64,000 nucleotides of DNA from Gemmatimonadales bacterium (GCA_037189525.1 JBBCJC010000001.1:192001-256000), one strand, 5' to 3'. Shown: positions 37,469-47,383, numbered from the stretch's first letter. Numbers and translations are program-made. The notes: generated by a model from the letters alone, not told the origin.

Positions 37469-40400
37469 ATGAGCGAGCAGCAGCTTCCCCCGGGATCGGC
37501 CGAGACCGATATCGCCATCGTCGGCCTGGCCGGCCGGTTCCCGGGCGCCCCCGACGTCGCCACCTTCTGGAAGAACCTTCGCGACGGCGTCGAGAGCGTC
37601 ACCTGGCTCACCGACGACGAGTTGCGCGCCGCGGGCGTCCCGGACGAGCTGCTGGCCGATCCCGATTACGTCCGCGCCTCGTATCAGATGCCGGACATGG
37701 CCGGATTCGATGCCGGGTTCTTCGGCTTTGCGCCGCGGGAAGCGGCCATCATGGATCCGCAGCAGCGCCACTTTCTGGAACTCGCCTGGACGGCCATGGA
37801 GCACGCCGGGCACGCGCCGGAGCGCTTCGGCGGATCGGTCGGCGTCTTTGCCGGCTGCGGCGCCAACATCTACATGATGCTCAACCTGCTCACCAACCCC
37901 GAGCTGGTCGAGAATGTCGGTCTCTTTCTGTTGCGGCATACCGGCAACGACAAGGACTTCCTCGCCACCCGGGTGTCGTACCTGATGAACCTGCGGGGGC
38001 CGAGCGTCAACGTGCAGACGGCCTGCTCGACCTCGCTCGTAGCGGTCCACATGGCGGTCCAGAGCCTGCTCAGCAACGAGTGCGACATGGCGCTCGCCGG
38101 GGGCACGACCGTCAAACAGCCGCATCCGGTCGGCTACCTGTACAAAGAGGGTGAGATCGTGGCGCCGGACGGCCACTGCCGGTCGTTCGACGCCAAGGCC
38201 GAGGGCACCGTCTTCGGCAGCGGAGCCGGCGTCGTCGTGCTGCGGCGGCTGGCCGACGCGATTCGCGACGGCGATACCATCCACGCCGTGATCAAGGGAT
38301 CCGCCATCAATAACGACGGCGCCCAGAAGGTCGGGTATCTGGCGCCGAGCGTGGATGGACAGGCGCAGGCCGTCGCCGAGGCGCTCGCGCTGGCCGACAT
38401 CGATCCTGAGTCAATTCAGTTCGTCGAATGCCACGGTACCGCGACGCCGGTCGGCGACCCGATCGAAGTGGCTGCGCTGACCCAGGCCTATCAAGGCGCA
38501 GGAGCAGAGCGCACCGGGTACTGCGCCCTGGCGTCGCTCAAGTCGAATGTCGGGCACCTCGATACCGCTGCCGGCGTTGCGGGCGTGATCAAGACGGTCG
38601 AGGCGCTCAAGCATCGGCAGATCCCGCCTTCGCTGCATTACACCGAGCCGAACCCGGCCATCGATTTTGCGTCGAGTCCGTTCTTCGTCAATGACACGCT
38701 TCGCGAATGGACCACCGACGGCGGGCCGCGTCGCGCCGCCGTGAGTTCACTCGGCGCCGGCGGCACCAACGCCCACGTCATCGTCGAAGAAGCGCCGGCG
38801 CTACCGCCCTCCGGGCCGTCGCGCGAGCATCAGCTCTACGTGCTTTCCGCCAAGACCCCGACGGCGCTCGACACGGCCGCCGCCAACCTGGTGGCCGCGC
38901 TGCGCACCAGCCAGGACGCCCCGGCCGACGTGGCCTTTACGCTGGCGCAGGGCCGCCAGGCGTTGGCGCATCGCCGCGCCGTCGTGGCGAAGAGCGCCGC
39001 GGAGGCTGCGGACCTGCTCGACAGAAACGACCCCAAAGTCGTACCGACCGCCCAGGTATCGGATCGCAAGCGCACGCTGGCCTTCATGTTCGCCGGCGGC
39101 GGCGCCCAGTACGCGGGCATGGGTGCCGACCTCTACGAAGGCGAACCGGTTTATCGCGCCGCCGTCGACGAGTGTATTGCCCTGCTCCAGCCGCAGCTCG
39201 ACTGGGATCTCAAGACCCTGCTGCTGGCGCCGCCGGCCGATCGCGAACGCCTGGGCGAAGAACTCGAACGGCCGTCGCGCTCGCTGCCCTGCCTCTTCAT
39301 CACGCAGTACGCGATGGCCAGGCTGTGCCTGGCATGGGGCTTCGAACCCCAGGCCATGATCGGCCACAGTATGGGCGAGTACACCGCCGCGCATCTGGCC
39401 GGCGTTTTCTCACTCGCCGACGGCCTGGCGCTGGTGACCCTGCGAGGCAAGTTGTTCGAACGGATCCCGCCGGGCGGGATGCTCAGCGTGCCGCTGGCTG
39501 CCGAAGAACTCCAGAAGCGGCTGCCTGCCGAGCTGTCGATTGCCGCGATCAACGCGCCGGAGCTCTGCGTTGCTTCGGGCCCGCTCCAGGCGCTCGATGC
39601 GCTGGAGAAGGCACTTGCCGCCGACGAGATCGACTGCCGCCGGGTCCGCATCAACATCGCGGCCCACTCGGCGATGCTCGAGCCGATCCTCACGGAATTC
39701 GGCGCGTTCTTTCGCCGGATCACGCTGAGCCCGCCGACGCGGCCGTTCGTATCCAACGTCACGGGCGACTGGATCACGCCCGAGGAGGCGACCAGCCCGG
39801 AATACTGGGTCCGCCACCTTCGCCATACGGTGCGGTTTGCCGACGGCATCGGAGTGCTGCTGCGCGATGAAGGCCGCGTATTGCTCGAGATCGGCCCGGG
39901 GCGCGTGCTTGCCACGCTGGCATCCCTCCACTCCGATCGGAAGGCCGACCAGCCGACGCTGACCTCGATGCGGCATCCGGACGAAGCCGGATCCGACGTG
40001 GCCCACGCGCTCACCATGGCGGGCCGTCTCTGGCTCGCCGGCGTGACACCCAATTGGAACGGTCTCTGGAAGGGTGAACGCCGCCGGCGGATTCCGCTGC
40101 CGACCTACCCGTTCGAGCATCAGTCGTATTTCATCCAGCCCGGCAAGGGCGCCGTGACCAGCAAGCCGTCGCTGACTCGGCGGAACGATGTCGGTCAATG
40201 GTTCTACGAGACCGCCTGGGAGCGGGCTCCGCTGGCCGGAAGGACCGCGCTGGCAGCCGGGACGCGGTGGCTGGTCTTCCGCGACGAACAGGGCCTGGGT
40301 GCGTCGCTTGCCGCGCGACTGGGACGCGACGGGACCGTGATTTCCGTGCTGCCCGGCACCAACGTCCGGCAGGTCGATGCCACGACCTATCAGGTGAACC

Positions 40401-43108
40401 CGGACCAGCCCGACCAGATGACCGAACTGGTGGCCGCGCTCGTCAAAGACGGCGGCGTGCCGGCCCGGATCGTCCACACCTGGAATGCCGGCCCTGCCTC
40501 CGCAGGCGACCAGAGCAACGGCCGGGAGTTCTACAGCCTGCTTGGTTTGCAGCAGGCGTTTGCAGCCGAAGGCGTCGACGACGACATCCGCCTCGATGTC
40601 GTGACGACGGCCATGCAGCGTGTCGCCGGCGAGTCTGTCCTCGAACCGCGGCGCGCGCTGGTGCTCGGCCCGGTTCGCGTCATCCCGAAAGAGTTCCCCA
40701 ACATTTCCACCCGGAGCATCGACTTCTCGGGCCCGGGTACGCCCGGCTGGTTCGAGGCGCGCGCCGTCGAGCAGCTGGTTGCCGAACTCGGCGCTGACTC
40801 GGACGCCGAGGCAGTGGCGTGGCGCGGCACGGACCGGTGGGTCGAAACCTACGCACAAACTCCACTGCAGGCGGCGGGCACCGGACCGGTCGTGCGCGAT
40901 GGTGCGGTCTGCCTGATCACGGGTGGCCTCGGCGGCCTGGGCCTCGTCATTGCCGAGGACCTGGCGCGGGCGGCCAAGGTCAAACTGGTGCTGCTCAGCC
41001 GACGTGGGCGGACGCCCGACGCCGAGCCCGCGATCCGCGGCTTGGAGAGCTTGGGCGCCGAGGTGCTGGTGCTCGCCGCAGATGTTGCGGATTCGGCGCA
41101 GCTCCGCACCGCTGTCGCGGAGGCGCGGCAGCGCTTCGGGCCGATTACCCACCTGCTGCACGCCGCCGGCGTCATCGAAGATGCGCTGATTCCCATGAAG
41201 GAACCGGCTTCGGCCGGGCGGGTCTTTGCGCCCAAGATCCAGGGCACCCTGGCGCTCGACGAGGCGCTGGTCGGGGAACCGCTCGAGCGCGCAGTCGTCT
41301 TCTCATCACGCGGCGCCGTGGCCGGGGTGGCCGGTCAGGTCGACTATACCGCAGCGAGCGCGTTCCTCGATGCCTGGGCCGAACGGAAGGCCGTGCTCGA
41401 TGGAACACCGGTGCTCTCGATCGGCTGGAGCGCCTGGCAGGGCGTCGGTCTGGCGGCCGGACAGGCCGGCAGCGCCGCCAAGGGGCGTCCCACCGACCAT
41501 CCGTTCCTCGACAGTCGGCTCGACAACGGTGAATCGACCGAGTTCCGGAGCGTGCTCAGCACGGAGACGCATTGGCTGCTCGACGGGCATCGGATCAAGG
41601 GCGCCGAGGCGCTGATTCCCGGCACCGGATATCTCGAGATCATCCGCGCGGCGGCGGGAGAAGGGGCGCAGCAGGATCCGATCGAACTCCGCGACATCTT
41701 CTTCATTGCGCCCTTCATGGTTCACGGTACGGACCGGCGGGAGTTGCGGGTCACGGTCGAAGGTGAGCCAGGTACGGAGCGTGACATCGTCATCGAAGGT
41801 CGCACGCCCGGTACCGCCGAGTGGGACGAGCATGCCCGCGCCGTCGCGTCACCGCTCGCGGGCACCGCACCGCCCGCCCAGGACGTGGCCGCCATCCGAG
41901 CTCGGTGCGCCGCGCGGCGCGTGACCTTTGCCGGTCACCACGACCGCGAACACCTCGTGCTCGGCAAGCGGTGGGACAATATCACCCAGCTCGACTACGG
42001 CGCCGGCGAAGCGCTCGGAACCTTCGCGATGCCCGAGGAGTTCCACGCCGAGCTGCCGGTCTACCGGCTCCACCCGGCGCTACTCGACGTGGCCACCGCC
42101 TGCGCGCAGGCCTTGATCCCCGATTTCGACTCGGAGCGTGACTTCTACATTCCGGTCTCGTATGGACGGGTTCGCATCTGGGACGCGCTGCCCGCCGCGT
42201 GCCTCAGCCATATCCGGCTCCAGCCGGCCGTGGAGGAAGGGCAAGACACCGCGGTCTACGACGTCACGCTGCTTGCTCCGGACGGTCGTGTACTGGTCGA
42301 AATCAACGACTTCACCATGATGAAGGTGAAAGACCGGGTCAAAGTCGGTCATGACTCCGGTGAGCGCTCGGCGGCGCAGCCGCTGCAGTTCCAGGGCGCC
42401 ATGGCGCCGGACGAGGGCCTCGACGCCTTCCGCCGGCTGTTGGCCTCGGGCACGGTAGGGCACGTCATCGTGTCGCCGCAGGACCTGCCGACCTACCTCC
42501 AGGCACTCCGGATCCCGCCGGAACCCGTCGAGCGCGCCGCGCCGCCGGAGCCCGAGCAGCCCCCGATCGACGTAGCCCCGATCGAGGCGGTCCTGGCTGC
42601 GCACGAAGCCGTTCATCAGGCATTTGTGACGGCCCATCGGGAGCGGACCGGGACGATCCGGATTACCGCGTTTGTGCTCTTCGAGCTGGGCGAGCAGGCG
42701 ACGATTTCCGAGATGCGTCGGTTCCTCAAGGGGAAGGTGCCGGACGACATGATTCCGCAGCACCTGATCGAAATCGAGTCGGTTCCGCTCGGCGCGGACG
42801 GCAAGGTCGATCGGGCCGCCCTGCCCGACCCGTTTGCGGGCGCCGACGACTTCATCGGCCCGCGCACCGAGATGGAGAAGACCATCGCCGGAATCTGGAA
42901 GGACCTGCTCGGCGCCTCGCGGATCAGCATCCATGATAATTTCCTCGACGTCGGCGGCCATTCACTGCTGGCCATGCGGGCCGTCTCGAGGATTGCCAAG
43001 CAAACCGGAGTACGTTTGAATCCGTCGGTGATGACACTGCATACGCTCGAACAGATCGCAGCCGAGTGCGCCGAAAAGGCCGGCTCGGCGGCGGGGGCCG
43101 GGCGATGA
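37469..43108 (+). CDS. Type I PKS module, KS-AT-KR[DH]-Asub-T, no thioesterase
   Basis: KS (TACSTS, HGTAT, KSNVGH), AT (GHSMGE), KR (TGGLGGLG, GQVDY), DH (HRIKGAEALIP, HPALLD), terminal GGHSL carrier. Confidence 0.95.
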   Translation: MSEQQLPPGSAETDIAIVGLAGRFPGAPDVATFWKNLRDGVESVTWLTDDELRAAGVPDELLADPDYVRASYQMPDMAGFDAGFFGFAPREAAIMDPQQRHFLELAWTAMEHAGHAPERFGGSVGVFAGCGANIYMMLNLLTNPELVENVGLFLLRHTGNDKDFLATRVSYLMNLRGPSVNVQTACSTSLVAVHMAVQSLLSNECDMALAGGTTVKQPHPVGYLYKEGEIVAPDGHCRSFDAKAEGTVFGSGAGVVVLRRLADAIRDGDTIHAVIKGSAINNDGAQKVGYLAPSVDGQAQAVAEALALADIDPESIQFVECHGTATPVGDPIEVAALTQAYQGAGAERTGYCALASLKSNVGHLDTAAGVAGVIKTVEALKHRQIPPSLHYTEPNPAIDFASSPFFVNDTLREWTTDGGPRRAAVSSLGAGGTNAHVIVEEAPALPPSGPSREHQLYVLSAKTPTALDTAAANLVAALRTSQDAPADVAFTLAQGRQALAHRRAVVAKSAAEAADLLDRNDPKVVPTAQVSDRKRTLAFMFAGGGAQYAGMGADLYEGEPVYRAAVDECIALLQPQLDWDLKTLLLAPPADRERLGEELERPSRSLPCLFITQYAMARLCLAWGFEPQAMIGHSMGEYTAAHLAGVFSLADGLALVTLRGKLFERIPPGGMLSVPLAAEELQKRLPAELSIAAINAPELCVASGPLQALDALEKALAADEIDCRRVRINIAAHSAMLEPILTEFGAFFRRITLSPPTRPFVSNVTGDWITPEEATSPEYWVRHLRHTVRFADGIGVLLRDEGRVLLEIGPGRVLATLASLHSDRKADQPTLTSMRHPDEAGSDVAHALTMAGRLWLAGVTPNWNGLWKGERRRRIPLPTYPFEHQSYFIQPGKGAVTSKPSLTRRNDVGQWFYETAWERAPLAGRTALAAGTRWLVFRDEQGLGASLAARLGRDGTVISVLPGTNVRQVDATTYQVNPDQPDQMTELVAALVKDGGVPARIVHTWNAGPASAGDQSNGREFYSLLGLQQAFAAEGVDDDIRLDVVTTAMQRVAGESVLEPRRALVLGPVRVIPKEFPNISTRSIDFSGPGTPGWFEARAVEQLVAELGADSDAEAVAWRGTDRWVETYAQTPLQAAGTGPVVRDGAVCLITGGLGGLGLVIAEDLARAAKVKLVLLSRRGRTPDAEPAIRGLESLGAEVLVLAADVADSAQLRTAVAEARQRFGPITHLLHAAGVIEDALIPMKEPASAGRVFAPKIQGTLALDEALVGEPLERAVVFSSRGAVAGVAGQVDYTAASAFLDAWAERKAVLDGTPVLSIGWSAWQGVGLAAGQAGSAAKGRPTDHPFLDSRLDNGESTEFRSVLSTETHWLLDGHRIKGAEALIPGTGYLEIIRAAAGEGAQQDPIELRDIFFIAPFMVHGTDRRELRVTVEGEPGTERDIVIEGRTPGTAEWDEHARAVASPLAGTAPPAQDVAAIRARCAARRVTFAGHHDREHLVLGKRWDNITQLDYGAGEALGTFAMPEEFHAELPVYRLHPALLDVATACAQALIPDFDSERDFYIPVSYGRVRIWDALPAACLSHIRLQPAVEEGQDTAVYDVTLLAPDGRVLVEINDFTMMKVKDRVKVGHDSGERSAAQPLQFQGAMAPDEGLDAFRRLLASGTVGHVIVSPQDLPTYLQALRIPPEPVERAAPPEPEQPPIDVAPIEAVLAAHEAVHQAFVTAHRERTGTIRITAFVLFELGEQATISEMRRFLKGKVPDDMIPQHLIEIESVPLGADGKVDRAALPDPFAGADDFIGPRTEMEKTIAGIWKDLLGASRISIHDNFLDVGGHSLLAMRAVSRIAKQTGVRLNPSVMTLHTLEQIAAECAEKAGSAAGAGR

Positions 43109-43896
43109 ACCCGTTTTTCTTCGGTTCATCGAAGTCCCCGCTCTACGGCGTCTACCATCCGCCGCGGGCAGGCAGCGGGCCGGCCAAAGCCGTCCTGACC
43201 TGCTATCCGCTCGGCGCGGAGTACATGCGGGCGCATCGCGCGTTCCGCCAGCTGACGACACTCCTGGTCAAGGGCGGCACGCACGTTCTGCGGTTCGACT
43301 ACTTCGGCACCGGCGACTCGGCCGGCAACGGCGACGAGGCCCGCATCGTCCGGTGGCTCGACGACATTGCGACCGCAATCGACGAACTCAAAGAAATGGC
43401 GCAGGTGCCCGCGGTGACGCTGGTCGGCCTCCGCCTGGGCGGCACGCTCGCTGCTTTGGCCGCCGAGGGTCGTTCCGACGTCGAGCAGGTCGTGCTCTGG
43501 GATCCGATCGTCCGCGGCAATCGGTACGTCGAGGAGCTGGTCGGCAAGCATCGGGCGGAACAGGCGGCGCGAGGACGCACCGCGGCGCCCGGTACGGCGG
43601 GCGTCCACGGCTTCCCGGTTACCCAAGCCCTCCAGAAAGAGCTTGGCGCAATCGACCTGCTGACCTGGCCGGGCACCGGCATCCGGCGCATCGACGTGGT
43701 CACCTCATCGGAGCAAGCGGATGCCGACGCGCTGGTCGCGCAGCTGCGCGATCGAGGCGCGATGGCCGCCGGACTGGTGTGCCCGAGCAACGGACAATGG
43801 GACGAGTCGGATGCGTTCGGCTCGGCGCTGATCCCCCAGAGCATCATTCAGGGCGTGATCGGCTGCGTCAATGGTGAAGGAGTGCAGGTCGCATGA
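43105..43896 (+). CDS. Alpha/beta hydrolase fold protein, exosortase-associated hydrolase-2-like
   Basis: RFDYFGTGDS.G, elbow GLRLGG (Arg at the nucleophile position), VLWDP; ATGA overlap with the PKS. Confidence 0.88.
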   Translation: MNPFFFGSSKSPLYGVYHPPRAGSGPAKAVLTCYPLGAEYMRAHRAFRQLTTLLVKGGTHVLRFDYFGTGDSAGNGDEARIVRWLDDIATAIDELKEMAQVPAVTLVGLRLGGTLAALAAEGRSDVEQVVLWDPIVRGNRYVEELVGKHRAEQAARGRTAAPGTAGVHGFPVTQALQKELGAIDLLTWPGTGIRRIDVVTSSEQADADALVAQLRDRGAMAAGLVCPSNGQWDESDAFGSALIPQSIIQGVIGCVNGEGVQVA

Positions 43897-44789
43897 GAGA
43901 GAAAGTCCTCAAGTTCGGGGCGAGCCGGGGGCTGGTCGGCATTCTGACGGAACCGGCGCCGGGCGGCCCGGCCAAACCGACGGTCATCCTCCTCAATTCG
44001 GGGATTCTGCATCACGTCGGCGCGTCGCGACTGTATGTGCAGATCGCGCGGCGGCTGGCGGCCGCCGGTCATGCCGCGTTCCGTTTCGATTTTTCCGGCA
44101 TCGGTGACAGCGAGTCGCGCAAGGACACGCTTGGCGCGGCCGAAAGCGCCGTGGTCGAAACCCGTGAGGCAATGGATCTGCTGGCAGCCCGCCGGAGCAA
44201 CGATCGCTTCATTCTGTTCGGCCTGTGTTCCGGCGCCGATATGGGATTCAAGGTGGCGGGACAGGATGAGCGCGTCGTCGGCCTGATCCAGCTCGATCCG
44301 TTTGCGTACCGAACGACCGGCTACTACCTGCGCCACTACGGTCCGAAGCTGTTCAGTCCGAGCGCCTGGGTTCGCTTCGTCTCGGTCCGGCTCGCCAAGC
44401 GCCGCACCGCGCGCGAAAAGGCCAACGGTACCGACGAGCCACTCGAATACGTCGCCGCGGAGTACCGGCGAATCTTCCCGCCGCGCGAGCAGGTCGAGGC
44501 GCAGCTGCGCACCTTGGTTGGCCGGGGCGTCCACATGCTCAACATCTTCTCCGACGGGCAGGGCGACCACATCAACCACGGGCCCCAGTACGCCAAGGCG
44601 TTCCCGACCCTCGACTTCAACGGCCAGCTCCAGGTCGACTACGTGCCGTTTGCCGCGCACACCTTCACGGACCTGGGCGATCAGCGCCGGGTGGTCGACA
44701 CGATCGCCGGCTGGGCCGAGCGCGTCGGCCCGGCCATGATGCCCGCGACCGGGGCGGCGGCGGAAGCGGAACTGGCGGCGGCGCGATGA
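43893..44789 (+). CDS. Alpha/beta hydrolase fold protein, exosortase-associated hydrolase-1-like
   Basis: HHVGASRLYV, RFDFSGIGDS, elbow GLCSGA (Cys nucleophile), AHTF. Confidence 0.88.
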   Translation: MREKVLKFGASRGLVGILTEPAPGGPAKPTVILLNSGILHHVGASRLYVQIARRLAAAGHAAFRFDFSGIGDSESRKDTLGAAESAVVETREAMDLLAARRSNDRFILFGLCSGADMGFKVAGQDERVVGLIQLDPFAYRTTGYYLRHYGPKLFSPSAWVRFVSVRLAKRRTAREKANGTDEPLEYVAAEYRRIFPPREQVEAQLRTLVGRGVHMLNIFSDGQGDHINHGPQYAKAFPTLDFNGQLQVDYVPFAAHTFTDLGDQRRVVDTIAGWAERVGPAMMPATGAAAEAELAAAR

Positions 44790-46027
44790 GCGACCCGGCC
44801 GCGCCAGTCGGCAATGAGATCCCACGCCTTCCCGCGTGGAAGACTGCGTTATTTCTGTTCATCCTGCTCGGTGCCGGCGCAGCCATCCTCGAAGGCCTGG
44901 CGCACCTGTACCTCAAGCTCTTTCGCGGGTACGACGGAAAGCATCTGATCCAGTACGAGTTCGACCCGTACAAGAACATCCTCCCGACCCCGAATTACGT
45001 CGATACCCGTGGCATCCAGCACAACTCGGTGGGGTTTCGGCGCTCGAGCGAAGTCACGGTCGAGAAACCCGCCAACACCTACCGCGTGTTTCTGATGGGG
45101 GCGTCGACCGCGTATGGACTGGGTGGACTCTGGCCCCATCTGCAGCGTGACTTCGAAGTCATCGACAACAGCCATACCATCGATGCCTATCTCGAGCGCG
45201 ACCTGCGCGCCGCGTTTCCCGGGATGAACGTCGAGGTCATCAATGCGGCCATTACGAGCACCTGGACCCATCATCACCTGATCTATCTCAATCAGAAGAT
45301 TCTCCGGTATCAGCCGGACATGATCATCTTTCTCGACGGGTTCAACGACTTCTACCACACCACCCCGGGGCACGACCAATTTGCCGCGTATGCGTATGGC
45401 GAGCAGTCGCACCGGATCATGGGCCCGCCGACCCTCACATCGCTGGCGTTCCAAAACTTCTGGTGGTTCTACCGGAAGAGCGCGCTGGTCCACCTGGTCA
45501 CGCGCGAGGCGCGCAAGCTGGGCGGCCTCTTCAGCGGACGGGGGGAACGGACATCGATCGACCCCGACGAGCAGCTGCAACGCCTCCAAGAGATCTTCCC
45601 GGCCAATGCGCTGACCATGGTGCATCGCTACACCATGATCACTAAAGATGCGGGCGTGCTCCCGGTCGTGGTCCATCAGCCCATGCTGATTCTCGAAGGC
45701 CACCGCGCCGCCAGCATGGTCGAGATCGAAAAGAAGCTCTTCGATTTCAACGTGTCGTCCTACGTCCCCAACTACGATCAGTTCGCCCTGAAAGCGGCAC
45801 CCTGGGTCGTGGATACGACCCGCGCGGTGGTCGAGCAGAGCGGCGGCACCTTCATCGACGCTACCAACATCTACGGCGGCGAAACCCAGCAGATCTTTAC
45901 CGACTATGCGCACCTGACGCCTAGGGGAAATGAGGTTCTCGCCAAACACATCGAGGGCGTCATCGGACCGATGATCCGGTCGGATGCCCGCGCCAAGGGG
46001 CTCTCGGTCCCCGACTCGCTCCCGTAA
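44786..46027 (+). CDS. Membrane-anchored SGNH/GDSL family protein
   Basis: N-terminal TM helix; blocks GASTAYG, DGFND and DYAH. Confidence 0.88.
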   Translation: MSDPAAPVGNEIPRLPAWKTALFLFILLGAGAAILEGLAHLYLKLFRGYDGKHLIQYEFDPYKNILPTPNYVDTRGIQHNSVGFRRSSEVTVEKPANTYRVFLMGASTAYGLGGLWPHLQRDFEVIDNSHTIDAYLERDLRAAFPGMNVEVINAAITSTWTHHHLIYLNQKILRYQPDMIIFLDGFNDFYHTTPGHDQFAAYAYGEQSHRIMGPPTLTSLAFQNFWWFYRKSALVHLVTREARKLGGLFSGRGERTSIDPDEQLQRLQEIFPANALTMVHRYTMITKDAGVLPVVVHQPMLILEGHRAASMVEIEKKLFDFNVSSYVPNYDQFALKAAPWVVDTTRAVVEQSGGTFIDATNIYGGETQQIFTDYAHLTPRGNEVLAKHIEGVIGPMIRSDARAKGLSVPDSLP

Positions 46028-46041
46028 GCCGCGCGTCCGCC

Positions 46042-47157
46042 ATGGGCCGTCTCCGTGTCATGCAGGTGACGCAGGACCTTGGCGTCGGGGGACTCGAGCG
46101 CGTCGTGGCCACGTTATGCCACACGATGGACCGCTCGCAGTTCGAACCCTCGGTGCTCTGCCTGCGGGAAATGGGCGCGCTCGCGCCGGCGCTCGAAGCC
46201 GCCGGGATCCCGATCACCGTGCTCGAACAGCCCCGCGACGGTCGCCCCGACTACTTCGCCTACCGGCAAGTCCGCGCGGCGATCCGCGACCAGAAGATCG
46301 ACGTCCTCCACACGCACAACACCCAGGCCCTGCTCGACGGAGCGCTGGCCTCGCTTGGCGGGCACAGACCGCGGCAGATCCATACCGATCACAGCCGAGT
46401 CTGGCCCGACCGGTTCCGCTACCGCGTGCTGGAGCACCTGGCGTCCCACCGCATCAGCGCCATGGTCGGCGTATCCGAGGCGACGACCGCCAACCTGCGC
46501 CGCTATGAATGGATCCCGAAGCGGAAGCTGGTCACCATCCTGAATGGGATCGACCCCGCGCCGTTCGCCCTGCCGCTCGATCTCGATGCCAAACGGCGTG
46601 ACCTCGACGTGGCCGGACGATTTCCGCTCCTCGGTGTGGCCGCCCGGCTCACCCATCAGAAGGGCCACCGGTTTCTCCTCGAGAGTGTGGCGCGGCTCAG
46701 GCAACGATTTCCCGACCTCCTCCTCCTGATCTGCGGCGAGGGCGAGCTCGAGGGGGAGTTGCGCGAAATGACCAAGGCGATGGACCTCGAGCAGCACGTG
46801 CGTTTCGCAGGGGTCCGCCTCGATCTCCATGAGATCCTCCGGGTGCTCGACCTATTCGTGCTGTCATCGGTCTGGGAGGGGCTTCCGATGGTCCTGCTCG
46901 AGGCGATGGCGGCGGGATGCCCGATCGTTTCGACCGACGTGGGTGGTATCAGCGCCACGCTCCAGAGTGGCGTGACGGCGAGCCTGGTCCCCCCGTCCGA
47001 CCCCGACGCGCTGGCCCATGCCATCGCGCACCTGGCAAACGACCACAGACAGCGGAAGATCCAGGCAGACGCCGCCCGGGAGATCTTCGAGGCCAACTAT
47101 AGTGCCTCGGCCATGACCCGCCGCTACGAGCGGCTCTATCGCGGCGAGCGCCTGTAG
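46042..47157 (+). CDS. Glycosyltransferase family 4
   Basis: GGLE, NGID, ARLTHQKG and SVWEGLPMVLLEAMAAGCP. Confidence 0.93.
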   Translation: MGRLRVMQVTQDLGVGGLERVVATLCHTMDRSQFEPSVLCLREMGALAPALEAAGIPITVLEQPRDGRPDYFAYRQVRAAIRDQKIDVLHTHNTQALLDGALASLGGHRPRQIHTDHSRVWPDRFRYRVLEHLASHRISAMVGVSEATTANLRRYEWIPKRKLVTILNGIDPAPFALPLDLDAKRRDLDVAGRFPLLGVAARLTHQKGHRFLLESVARLRQRFPDLLLLICGEGELEGELREMTKAMDLEQHVRFAGVRLDLHEILRVLDLFVLSSVWEGLPMVLLEAMAAGCPIVSTDVGGISATLQSGVTASLVPPSDPDALAHAIAHLANDHRQRKIQADAAREIFEANYSASAMTRRYERLYRGERL

Positions 47158-47175
47158 TCGTTTCCCCTGTCCAAA

Positions 47176-47191
47176 TGGCACCCTCCTTGCA
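47176..47191 (+). promoter_or_regulatory. Near-consensus sigma54 promoter (distal)
   Basis: TGGCACCCTCCTTGCA. Confidence 0.75.
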
Positions 47192-47383
47192 ATTTTTGGC
47201 GAGTTCAGGCAACACCGCCCTGTTTAGCGGATGCCGCACCTTGCTCGAATATGGTGCCTGGAGTCAACACCGTTCAGCAAGTGTTGCAGTAGCACCACAT
47301 ACGGTGATACCGCCGACCCAACTGGGGGCGCGTAAGTCGTGGTATGACAACACCGATGACGACACGGGTGGTGGGTCTGGCTG

